DNA from: Takakia lepidozioides
Lineage: Eukaryota > Plantae > Bryophyta
Length of the DNA stretch: 64,000 bases
Reading direction: 5' to 3'
NCBI GenBank assembly: GCA_030704615.1
Contig: CM060732.1
Location: 28,582,001-28,646,000 of the forward strand
The notes beneath the pieces were generated by a model that was not told the origin of the DNA, ran no database searches, and was given only the letters and a program-made list of their open reading frames with translations. Shown one piece after another: positions 36,266 to 48,380 of the stretch (positions are counted from its first letter, which is position 1; each line of letters opens with the position of its first letter). The position numbers and the translations under genes are program-made.

Positions 36266-37166
36266 GAGAGAGATGACTCTGGCCGAGGCCGGCGTAACTA
36301 AGAGCCACTTCGTCTTGCGGCTACTGCCCCCTTTCGGGGGTGGGCGTTTTATTTAGAATCTAATTCGCCTCTTTTTTATTACTACATTAACCCTCAAGGC
36401 CCCGTGAGACCCGTTTAGGGTTTTGATGAAGCAGATTTTTCCATGTACTTTTTGCAGATTTCAATATGTTTTAATTGTTCCAATCGCATTTACATTTGTG
36501 ACAGCATGGTCCACCTTCTCAGATTGAAACTAGTAAATTTAACAAATTTTCTAACCTGTAGAGTTTTTAGAAAACGCAGGGGTCATGAAATTGGAGCATG
36601 CAGGAAGGGCCATGTAGAGTTGGCTGTCCACATGGCGAGACATAATTGGTCCACAGTTGGGCTCATTCAAGTGGTAATTTTTGTAAGGTTTATCCTTGAA
36701 TCTAAATATTGTTTGGACCAGGCTCACAATTGTAGTGCATTCCACACCCTCACCAGAAGGATTAAGTAAAACATCTCATTATCAATGGGTCAATATTTGG
36801 AATGGGCTCATCTTGAATTGCCGAGCTATGGAAGTCATTTTGACGCCTCCTCAAACACATACAAAGGACCCTAATGAGAACAAATATTGTTTGGCTTGAA
36901 ATTTCACAATAGTTAGCTAGGATACCATATCACATTTCTATGTGAGAGGCAAAATCAAGAAAATAAACCCGTCACTCAAATAGCTTGGTCAAAACTCAAG
37001 TTTTTTACTTTACAAAATCCAAAAACAAAAAAACCTCGTAATGAAATATTCAAATCTCTCTTGTCGCATGGTGAATTTCGCATAGGGCCCACCCCTGAAA
37101 AGGGGCAGTAGCCACAAGGCGAAGTGGCTCTTAGTTACGACTGCTTCGGCCGGAGTCTTCTCTCTC
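36266..37166. mobile_element. Non-autonomous DNA transposon with ~80-bp TIRs and GAG termini
   Basis: GAGAGAGATGACTCTGGCCGAGG...CGTAACTAAGAGCCACTTCG is mirrored at 37085-37166. Flanks TTTA and TTTG. A related TIR remnant lies near 46745-46780. Confidence 0.75.
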
Positions 37167-39367
37167 TTTGGTGAAGTTCTCCACAATTTGTTGGGTTGAT
37201 ATACACTGATGTACACGATAGCCAAGGTGAATCTAGTAAGGTTCACTTCTCTCAATGTAACAACGTAGGTGTTAACTCGTCAGATGTCACTTTTTGGGGG
37301 GTGAAAATTTGTCCAATAGCAGCCCCAAAGGGTTAAATGCTACATATGATTTCAGGGTTTGCCAAGTCTATCCCCTTTCTTTCAAAAATTAAAAATTAAA
37401 TAAAAACTAATATTTGGTAATGCCAAACAATTATACATAACAACATAAGGCTGCTGCTAATATATTTTCAGGGCCTCCGTCCCCTTTTAATAAATTCAAA
37501 AGAAAAAGATGCATTAGATGTGGGTTTAACGTCAATGGTAGTCCTTCCTGTAGAAAATTGCCCATAGAATTCTTCCGGTCCTCGTCTGGTCTGGGCAATG
37601 GTCTTCCTACTTTACTCAAACTGGCAAACCCTACCTTCTTCTCCGCCCCCTCTCTCCCTCTTCTGAACTACCTTGCGGATGCCGCCTTCATTAAGTGCCA
37701 TGTATGGTCTTTGCTTAAGAGTTCACACTCTTTGGAATTTGTGGAAAGCTAGATGTTCATGGGTTCACTCTGAGGGCAGACCCCCCAATATCAGATATGT
37801 GTTATTTAACAATATATATATATATGACGCCTCCCCCAGGGAGCGTAACTTATGGTTCACTTCACTACTGCCTTTCAGCTGAAAGGTGGACACCTTGTGT
37901 TATTTAACATATTTTTCGATCTGATGACTGAGGGGAGGAAGGCATGGGCCGCCTTATGTGCAGCTCTGCCCGAGCTTCAGATCAGCACAGGAGGTACCTG
38001 CTCAAGGAATTCGACATCACCTGGGTAAGAGCAGCTTGCTCAGCACCCGTATGTCCAACTCATATGTTCAATGGAAATCAATGGAAAGACACCGTCCCCC
38101 CGCAATGGAAAATCCCCAATGGAAGGAAAGAGGGTGATTTCAACTGGCGCCACAAAAGGGCTAGACATCAGAAACTCAAATCGCAGCTCAAGTTTTAAGA
38201 CTTTTCAGTGGCATAGAAGCTTTTGAGACTTCTCCATCTTTCAAGCTTAATTCTTCTGCAGTAAGCAATCTCCCTCTCTGGCCTTTTTTCCACTTCTTCT
38301 CTTCCACCAGTTGCTTTCTCCCAGCCCCCCAATCCCCCCCCTCCACAATCCCCTCTTATCGTCTCCACTTTCGCGGGGTGGTTTCCCATTGTAAGGCTCC
38401 ACGGCCTGTTCGGTGGTTTTTTTCCCAACCTGAGACTATTCCTCTCGGACTTCCTTATCTATAGAGTTTTTGAGGCCACCGTCCTTCTCTAAAATTTAAA
38501 AAAATAAAAAATAAAAACAATAGTAGTACACAAGTTGGCTTTTACTTTGAAACCTAAACCGCAATCCTTTCACAATCATCAAAATATCCGCTGTCTGATT
38601 CCAGCACTGTGAAAGATTGAAACTCTGCTCCTCTCGATAAAAAATCTCATGAAGTGAAAAGCCTGGCAGAAACAAACAATCACACACACACACACACACA
38701 CATTCCCAGCAAACCTGAAGTCCAAGTGATGCCCTGCTGAGACATCGGTTCAAAAGAGTTACATGTATACGCGAGAAGATGGAGGTGCACAGCTCCAGAA
38801 TCAATAGAAGGTGGTTTGCTCACTCTTTAGATAGTAGCTGAAAACTGAGCAGTACAATACATAACTATACCGATGTGATTACAAGGAAGTTTTGACTCCA
38901 AAAGCAGAGCATACTACAGCCGGGACATTGAGAACGTGACTAAAGTCTTCCAACATGTTTATGAGATTTCGACAAATGACAGGGTGTATTTATGTTCCCA
39001 ACTGCTTTGCTCTGGAGTGGGGACCCCGACAAAGACTCGGCAGACTTTCTATATCTTACACTTGGCCAAGCATATTTGTCGAGGCTCTCCAGACAAGAAC
39101 TGACTGAACCTTCCCCCATGCTTGCAGTAAATGACAGAATCTCTAGAGGGAAGGCCCTTCATAACCTCGCTTTCCCAGCTATAGAACAGGTGTCGAGTAA
39201 AATGGGGCCCTTAATTTACATTCAATTTCCAACTGTGAACTGCAAAGGGTTGAAATTGAACTGCAAGGGAGGGTTTACATGCTGTGCCCAGTCTGTGCAA
39301 TGCGCACAAACGCTTGACCTCCCACCTGCAGACATATGGTCTTTGAGTGGATGAACCATTGTAACCT

Positions 39368-40239
39368 CTATGCCTGAGCTGTTGCTGTTTGGGTCCCCAG
39401 AGGGAATGGCCCCACTACAATTGCCTTTTCAGGATTTGAGAGATCCCCACAACCAGCATGCTGAACAAACTCTGCAGGTGACATGTGGCAGCCATGGCAT
39501 GCACATACGATTCTGACCTGGCCTTTGTCAACCCTGTAAAGAACACCACATATAGTCTTCCCGTTGGGTCCCACACCAGTACAAGTAACCCATGGCAGAT
39601 CTGGTAATGAGCCCGTGCCGCCAAAAGTTTGTCCAGCAGCAACTCCTGGCCGCAAGCTGGAAGCTTCTTGACCAGCGAGGCCTTCAAAATTTGGCAGGGA
39701 CCCCTGCCGCCAGACACCACCATGATAGCCCTTGGATTCCTCATCCAATGAGGAAAAACTTCGAACTCCTGTGAGATCTGATTGAGCTGAATCAGCAGGA
39801 GTGCCTGGTTGGCCAGATCCACCAACACCCATCTCATCTGGTGTACTTGGAGAAACCCGAGAAGCAGACCGTTCCACCTGAGACACCACCACCCCTGCTC
39901 CCTGAGATGCAGGGCCCTTCACAGGACCGTTTGTGACCATTGGACTAGCCAGTGTATAGGCCCCCCCTGGTGGAGTATCGACCAGGCTTGCAAAGGCACT
40001 CCCATTCGAGCCCTCTCTTCTCAGAAGCCGTTCCCCTGCATCTGACTTAGTGCGGGAGGGCCCGAACTGTGGGGCAGGGGGTACTGCATGCGGGGCATTT
40101 GAGGTTGACGAGGGTTGTAGTCTTGCAAATGCACCGCTACCCATAGAACCAGCCCTTAGCAGTGGGTGCATACCAGAGGTGGACGAATCACGGGCTGGAG
40201 ATGTACTCCGGCTATGGGTATGCTCATTGCCTTTAGCAC
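39368..40239 (-). CDS. NINJA/AFP-family co-repressor, exon 2 (C-terminal TIFY/ABI5-binding domain)
   Basis: LPWVTCTGVGPNGKTICGVLY...VRIVCACHGCHMSPAEFVQHAG. Acceptor cag|GT, phase 1. Confidence 0.88.
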
Positions 40240-41339
40240 CTGCCATCCCCAAATGATACTTCGATAAGCAGTTGTAAAGACTCAGGTGATCCCTACCTCT
40301 GCTTGAAGCTTTGAGCAGCTCATCACATTCATGCAAAGAAGAGAAGGGATATCCCCATGAAGGCAAAGAGGCAAAAGCTGGGCAGACAGTGGCTTAGGAG
40401 GATCTTGATAATGCAGATCGTACCACCATCAGAAATTTGTCCACCAGTGTGTACTCCACAGTGGAGGACAGAGATAAATTGATCAAATTGAGATCAATAG
40501 ACCTAAAGGAGAAACTCCGGAATCTCACCAAACTGTCTTGGAGACCACCCAATCCGTCCCCATAGGTAGGCTTCCCAGATCTAGTTGCAGTTATTCTAAT
40601 GCCCACATAGAAGCTTTCAGAACTAGACATCAACAATGTCCCAGGTGGATCAATCCTCCTGCATGAAACCAGGTTAGGTTTGAGGTGGGATATCATGTCC
40701 CCTTGAACCTCACAACTCATATATCTCGACTATGTGCAACAACTTGACACCGACTTCACAGATCCCCAGTAGGTCGAGTGTCTCTATGACGAAGATCAGA
40801 CACATTCAGTTCTGGCCCCCTCTATGTGTGATGTGCTCTCTCAAGTTATCTACAAAAAAAATACATTCACTAAGATTTCAGAGTTCTATATTTTTAATAG
40901 AACAGCTTCACCTCTAAGCAAGAGACCCCTAGTCCACATGTACCCTGCAGCACAGCTGTTCATCTGGTCTACCTCCTCAGGTCCTTTTCCATTCTAACAG
41001 ACATTTGGGTTAGTCAACGCTCTGCATATTCAGTGTGAACCGCGATAGAGAATCACAGAAAACCAAAGAGGTTCCATGCTTTCTCTCCATATGCTACAGT
41101 GCACTGGATTGCAGTCCATAAAGGATATGGAGGGAGAAGGAAAGGTTTGTTGTGGAAGCCTTGCAAACAGAGAGGAGACAATAAACTCACAGGTAAAAGA
41201 GGGTAATGTACAGACTAACAAGGGCAGTTCCTGTAAGATAGACAAGTAGGAGAGAAGCCATCCTAATAAGCAAAGCAAAGTGTCAAAGACAAAATGCCAA
41301 CTGCCAAGTTCAATTGGTAATTCTGGACGGTCCACGTAC

Positions 41340-43878
41340 CTTGAGAATTGCGGTTGTCATCATCATGAGTCATCCCTGACTGAGTTCTCTTCAGCCCAGA
41401 AGATCCATTCCGAGGAGGTGAATGAGGGGGTGTAGGTTGGGGCCGCAAGACTGCCGGCGCCCATGCTGCAGGCCCTTCGTGGGTCTGGAGTTGGAAGGGA
41501 GAATAACCTGCAGGTACAGAGATTTGGAAAGGATTTGGCATGTTAGGGGTCGGCCGCTGTTCTTGATTCCCCTCTCCCCCAGGGGCTGGGGCAGGTGCAA
41601 ACTGCATTAAATATGGGAATGGAAATGGGACACTGAACGGTACCCCCCCTGCAGCAGCTGCTGCTGGGACAGATATAGGGAAAGGGTAAGGAACATGCAT
41701 GAGAGGAAATGCAGGATTGGGAGGGTATGTCATGCCCCCAATTGCACTACTGGCAGGTGGGACTGGGCCACTTGTCAGGCTACAGTTACTAGTCCGGTTG
41801 CATCCCTCCGCACCACCACCACTGTTCATTGGTCTGCTGGACGGAGTCTCCCCTTCTCTGACTTCAAACCTTGTACCATTGTTACTGTGTTTTTCATCCT
41901 TTTGATCAGAATTTTCACTACCAACTGAGTCACTTTGACTTGGAGGCTTTGTTCTCTCACCCCCTCTCTCTGGCTCCAGCCTGGACGATGGTTTCTCTGT
42001 CCCAGCATCCCCACCCCTCCGCTGTTGCCCATTGTTCGAATTGGGTTGTCCTTTCACCACACCCTCTCTACTACTCTCCATAAGAGCAGCTGCAACTTGA
42101 TACGCAGTTGCATTATTCATTTGCATCTCAAATACCTTCTGGATCCATGCTGGGTCCATTTGAGTGCGGGAAAAATCCATATGATTGACACCTGGAGGAC
42201 CCAGCCCCTCATTTCTATTTTGAAGATATGCCAGCTCAGGAACACCGCCTCTACAAGAATCGTCCCCTGATGAATCCACACCGGCAGCACCATCTGACTC
42301 CCGACCTCTGTCCTTGGTAGCCCTATCTCTCTCTCGCTGCAAAGCCCGACGGATTTCAAGCAACTGCTCACCCTCCTCATTATTTTGGTCAACCCCCACA
42401 GCCATGGGCTTGTCTCCTTTCTCATCCAAAGAAGCTGGAGCAGGCCCAGATGCCTGGGGGATTGCATCCCAATTGTGTGCCCATGTGCTGCTGCCAGGCC
42501 TCCGAAAGGCTGCAAGACTCATGGCGCCACCTGCCTCTTGGCTATCAGGTGGGGAAGAGACTGAAGAGATGGACCCCTCCTTTGCCTGAAGTGGGGGAGA
42601 GGGGGGTAGAGATGAATTTGTTCGTCTCAACTGGTTTGGTGGGGTGCCTGGGCGGGTCTTTCCAGTGGTCACTCCCGGAGGACCGGATGGCCCTGGCTTA
42701 TCATCTTCTTTCTTTGACTTTTTCAATTGTTTTTGTCCTTCCAGAAGCAACTTCCTCTTCTTTCGTGCCTCCTGCCGTTTCTGAGTTTGCATCTCCCTCT
42801 TTCTCTGCTGCTCCATCATATCCTGCTGCTGGATTATGATTTGCCGCTGCTGCTGGTCAACTGCCGAACCCTTCCCTGCATCAGGGTCATTTCGCAGATC
42901 CACCCCATGAGGCATATCGGCACTGGCTGGCGTCACACCTTGCTGAGCAGGAGCAGGTGCGGCCTCAGTATGTTTCCCAGCTGAAAGAGAGTTCATGGAT
43001 TGGGCAGTCTGCAAAACTACCCCCCGCGCCATCGGATCCATGCCATCCTTAAAAGCCTCCAACAACTGCAAGGGTATGGCACCTTGCGCAGCAATGCGTG
43101 CCCATGCAGCAGCAGTTGCCACAGCCTGTGGAGGAAGCCCCTGAAGTTCCTTGATCAAACTGGCCTCATCTTGCACACTCAAAGGCAATCTTTGATGTTC
43201 TGGCTGAGCTGCCTTTTCTTGCAATGCCTGCCAGATACTCTGCGCAAAAATCTTGGAGTCCTCTGCTACTGAATTTTCAGCTGGGCGCCAAGGGCCCTCG
43301 GATAAGGATCCTGGGTGGGGTGGGGCTGCGCTGCGGGAAGGGAAGGGCCCTGACAAACCCTTCTCCCTCCCTTCAGGTGCAGTCCTCCCAAACTCTTGCC
43401 AAAAAGCTTGAACTCTGCCACCCTTCTGTTCACCATTGATGGACACACCAGCATCAAGGAAAGCGCCCTTGGCAGAGGTCTCCATTGACCCACCACCCTC
43501 CCTATTCTTCTCGGTGTTCTTGTCTGCATGTTGGTCCCGGAAGCTGTCTTTGATCCTGAAACCATCTCTGTCCGTGTATGCCTCCTTCTCCTTATCCTTG
43601 GCTTTTGGTTTGCTGCTTTTTGTCCCTCCTAATGAAAGCCCCAGACTAAGCTCTAGCCCACTGTCGTCCTCTGCATCGAAATCTGGAGTCTGTCTGTGCT
43701 CTTTGGTGTCACTACTCTCTGAACATATCTGGGATTGCCCCTCTTGGGCGTCGTCGGTATTGCCAGGTTGATCAGCTTTCAGGCACCAGCGATGTAAGGT
43801 GGGTGGCGGACCCCATCCTCCCTCGGACTTGGGCTCAGCGTGGGAAGCCCCGAAGTGGTCTTCCTGGTTGCCCCCCAT
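41340..43878 (-). CDS. NINJA/AFP-family co-repressor, exon 1
   Basis: EAR motif LELSLGLSLGG and domain B RKREMQTQKRQEARKKRK. Donor CAAG|GTACGT. Joined CDS is 3,411 nt (1,136 aa). Confidence 0.88.
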
Positions 43879-44062
43879 CTCCGGCTGGCACCTGTTGTCA
43901 GGAGTTTTCGAGATGCGGCCCTTCTCTCCAGAGTTACAGCAGTGCTATAGATGCGGGTGCCAGCATAAGCATCTGCGAGTTACAAAACCACATGTGTCAG
44001 ATGAATCTCTCCTGTTCTCGCTTCTCAAAACTGGGTGCTCAGTGACAAGAGTCCCGCAGAGC

Positions 44063-44095
<33 letters not shown>

Positions 44096-45380
44096 GCACG
44101 CACACGTCCAGCAGCATACTCCACGATATAGTAACCCAAACCTCGTCTATAGTCATGCATGCATCGTCTTTCACCTGGTACCAAAGAATCTCAAGCCTGC
44201 CGCACAGGAAATGATGTTCCCGCGCAGATTTCCTGGAGTGTTTTGGTCTGAAACTGCGATCCTTCCATCATATATTTCGCCAGCCTACTGTTTGGGGCTC
44301 GGATCTGGCCAGATACACAGTGACAGCACAATTCGATCTTACATAACACGACGTTACCCTCAAACACTCTGGCCTCTTTTCTAAAGCCGAGATCTAGTCC
44401 GGAAACTTGCGCGGACTCAGTTTCAGGATCTGGTTGGAGTTCAGATTCTGACTGCCATTGACCAGATCACTTTGGAAAATGTACCAAGAGACTCTTGAAG
44501 AGTTCAAGAGACTCTATCCAGGGGAGTGCCTGAGGAGCGAATCTAGAACCATAGGACCGCCAGCACTTTTACAAGACAACATTTGTCGTCTCCGTCAGGT
44601 CCAAACTGGCTTTACCTTACCATGCATGCGCACGACTCTCTCTCCCACGCTCTCTGACAGAAGGCAAGAAGAATGAAACAGAATCTTGCTAATTTATCTT
44701 TTTCACAGCCATCCATCACTTAGCACCTCTCGCCTTTCTCTTCATCTCTCTCCCTCCACTTCATGAATTCTCCACAAATCACAGAACCAACTCACCAGGT
44801 GCATGTTGACCCCGCCTGTGCTTTCATCCATACAGAATAGGGCGTGCCTTTCTTTTCCTTCCCGGAAGACTGCGCCCTGCAGGTTGCACCAGATGCTAAC
44901 AACAACAGAAAGAAGAAAGGAAGGCGCAAGTAAGAAAGATGTTTGCTCGAGAGAAGAAACCGGCGAAAACAGACTAGAGGTTTACAATCTGCATTTCGAC
45001 GACATGAAGCAGCGACTAGAATTTCCGACAACGGAACAACACGCTTCCTGCCTTATGAGAAACTATTGTTAACGAAGATTTGTCTTGGCACACGCGAGAG
45101 ACAGAGGAGCAAGCAGAAAAGCAAGTCCATAACGATCTGACGAGCGAGGAGATGTGTCCGTGAGACACGAGCAGCAAGCAAGCAAGCACCGTACTCTCGG
45201 CCTAGGTACGGCCTCTATCGCCCTCCATTATTTTATTTTTATTAATAACTAAAGATACATCCCAGGTATCTTACCGGCCCCACAGACCAGCGATGAATGA
45301 AGAGCTAGAACTCATCCATCTCCGTACACAATAATAGAGTTTTTATTTCATTAAATGAGAAAACTTATATTAGTTTTTAA

Positions 45381-46190
45381 CCCTTAACTTCCTACAGATA
45401 GAGTTTTTTTGCCCTTAAATTTTCTGACCCCTGGACACTATAACCAAGTTATCCACCTATCATAGTACATCACAAAATATGAACCTTACAAATCAGTGGT
45501 CACCTATCACATACATCCATCTACCAAATTGCAAAAAAATTCACCACAAAAATTTCAAGATTATAGTATTTTGGTGCGGGTTTTTTTTTTTTTTGAGAAT
45601 TTGAGAAACCTGCAATGTCAGGTTTGACCAAGCAATTGCAGTATGGGTTGATTTTTGCTGGGCCCACCTCACCCACAGCCATATCCTATTCCAAGATATC
45701 CAAGTATGCACAAAATTTCATGCTACACGCTCCTTTGTATGTATTCTTTTGGGGGGGGTTCAGATACGTTCTAAAACATGGAATTTCTAACATTGTAAAA
45801 AATTGCGCTGAAATCCAAGATTTTTTTCTATCGGAGCGGTGAGAGAACGAGTTCATATGATCCTCATCATAATGTTCAATTTTTTTGAGAATCCAACGGT
45901 TAATTTTCTTAAAGTTAAGGGCCAAGTCTTTTGGAGTTGCACTAATAGAAAGTTGCCACGTACGTAGTCAACCCTGCCTGGCCCCTCTCCTCACCTAACC
46001 CCACCGTTTTTGCAAGAATCTGCAGATCAGGGTTTCATTCCAAATGCATTCATTTTCACTTGTGGGGGGGACTATCTTGTCAGCAAATTTATTGCTTCAG
46101 GAATAGTTTAATTTCAATAAAATCTCAGCAAGATATGGGCATTTTTCTTACAGGTCAAGACCCGATTCAGGTCGCGTAGGAAGGTAAGGG
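45381..46190. mobile_element. piggyBac-like non-autonomous element (810 bp)
   Basis: TTAA|CCCTTAACTTCCTAC ... GTAGGAAGGTAAGGG|TTAA. TIR matches at 14 of 15 positions, with a TTAA TSD. Confidence 0.75.
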
Positions 46191-47569
46191 TTAAGAAAGA
46201 ACTGCTAAGGAACTCTAACCAAAATCAACAACAAACTGTAGGCAGCCCAAATTGCTGGAAACAAAGCCAAATAAACCAAAATCACTTTAAAAAGAAAAAC
46301 AAACAAAACAGATAATTAATACGCCTATCTCATATTTTACATCATCAATATATTATGAAACCGTAATTTGTTGTTTTGGTTTGTTTTAGTTGAGATCTCC
46401 CAAACCGCAAGGCCTCCGCCCGGGGTCGTAATACCGTTAGAAAGACCCGGACAAGTAGAGTGCATGGAGGCGATTTCATGATTTTCAGACCTACAAAGTG
46501 GGGGATATTGGTTTTCAAGTATTTTTCGTCACTGAAAATTCACAAAAAAGAGAAAATAGCGTTTTTTTAAAATATTGGCCCTTCATTTGTCTTTTGGTAC
46601 AGGTGGTCATGAATGCAAATACATTTGTACTAAGTAAAATGACTGGACAATATGTCCTCAACACTAATAAGTAGGGTCAACTGTAAATGAACATAACAAC
46701 AAGGGCTCAAACAACGCTGAGTAGGCTAGCGGCGCTGCCCGCAAGCTCTTAGTTACACCGGCTTCTTTGGCTCTTCCTCTACCAATAAGGGCCTGTTGGA
46801 CGGTAGCAGCCCTTCCAAAACAAATAAAACAATTCGGAAAAAACAAATGTAATCGTCAGATGAATGAAGATGTCGTCAACGAGAAGCGAAGCGAGACTCG
46901 TTTTCTGTCGAGCAGCCACGGTAGTTTTGGGCGTGTGAAAAAGAAACAAGGATGAATATAGAAATGGGGGCACTCAGGCGCGGCGCACGAGGCGGGCACG
47001 GCGGGACTGGCGACGCGGCCCCACGCGGGCCCGGGCCCTGCCATGTGGCGCTCCCTTGCCGCTCTACCGTACGTTGCCACTTGCGCTCCGATGGCTCGCA
47101 TGACTCCGCTCGCCTCATCCGCCACACGCATCTCGCGCATTTGCGCTGCCTATTCTCTCTTGTTTTTGTTATATTCGGCCCCACCGAGACACACTGCTAG
47201 CCTTCCATGTGGCCCCCTCGCACGCCCCCGCTTTGACCTGCCCCTCTCTTAACATCCCTCCCCTCGCCTTTTGCCCCCAAGCGGTCACATCCAAGCGGCC
47301 ATTCAACCTCCTCGTACCCCTGCTGACGTCCACCCGGCTGCTCCACGGAAGCGGCGCGACCTAAACGCGCCGTGCGAGTGGGATTTGTGAAGCAAAGTGA
47401 GCAGCAGAAGTGGAAGAAACTCCACCCGCGTACCAGCACCTACCTACCTGCCTGACTACGTAGCCTACCTACCTGCCTCCACACACTCTTTACTCCACAG
47501 ATATTCTCACGCACGGATGAGGCCCACCTATCACCTTATCACCATGAAACTACAGCTCCAGCCTTCGCC

Positions 47570-48380
47570 GTGCCTCCACGTAACCTAACCAACGGGGCCA
47601 TCACTGCTCGCCCTTCACCCAGTCTCGCACACCGCAGCCACTGAAAAGTCAAGGCCCCGCACCAAATCAATGCCATCTCCGACCTTCTACGCCCACGTGG
47701 CGTGCAAGGGGATCCTTCCATAGCGGTCGCCACGTGCTGCCAGCCCGCCGGAACCAGCGGACGGGCAGACGGAGACCGCGCGGGCGCTGCGCGTGTGGGC
47801 CACGCCCACCAACCCGCGCGATGCCATGCGCCGCGTGGCACTTACACTGGGCCCACGTCGCGGTAAGGACAGGGGGGTAGGTCGGGCAAGGCAGCGGTAA
47901 GAGGGCGGTAAGCGGATGGCTAGATTTTGGCACGCGAGCATTGGCGCTTATCCGCGTTTGCTGCCTGCGCGCGCTCTCCGTCGCACAAACGGTGCCAAAG
48001 TATCGGCAGCCAATGGCGGGGCGCGTACATGTGCGATAGGGCCGAGGCCCAATGGGTGCGTGGCGTACGCGCAGGGGTCTGACAGGGATGGCAGGAGCGC
48101 GCGGCGAGTGAGAGTGGGGGTGCGCGCGCCCACGTGGCGGCGACACGCACAAGGCGCGCGCCTCCCATGCGGGAGGAGAGCAACACGTGAGAAGAGAGAG
48201 AAAAAGAGCGCGCAGACGAGAGCGGCGCAAAAGTGGAAGGGAGGCGACGCGCCGCCTGCTTGCGCCACGCGGCCGCCATCGCGAGGGCGGCAGGCAGCAC
48301 CGCCCGTGGCTCAAGTAACGGTGGTTGGGGGCCCAGGCCGCAGGGTGGCGCTAGTTCGCTCACGCGACTTGGCACGTGTC
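47570..48380. promoter_or_regulatory. GC-rich island with a G-box/ABRE cluster upstream of the NINJA/AFP gene
   Basis: CACGTG at 47694, 47731, 48131, 48184 and 48373, plus coupling-element-like CCGCGTGGC motifs. Confidence 0.55.
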
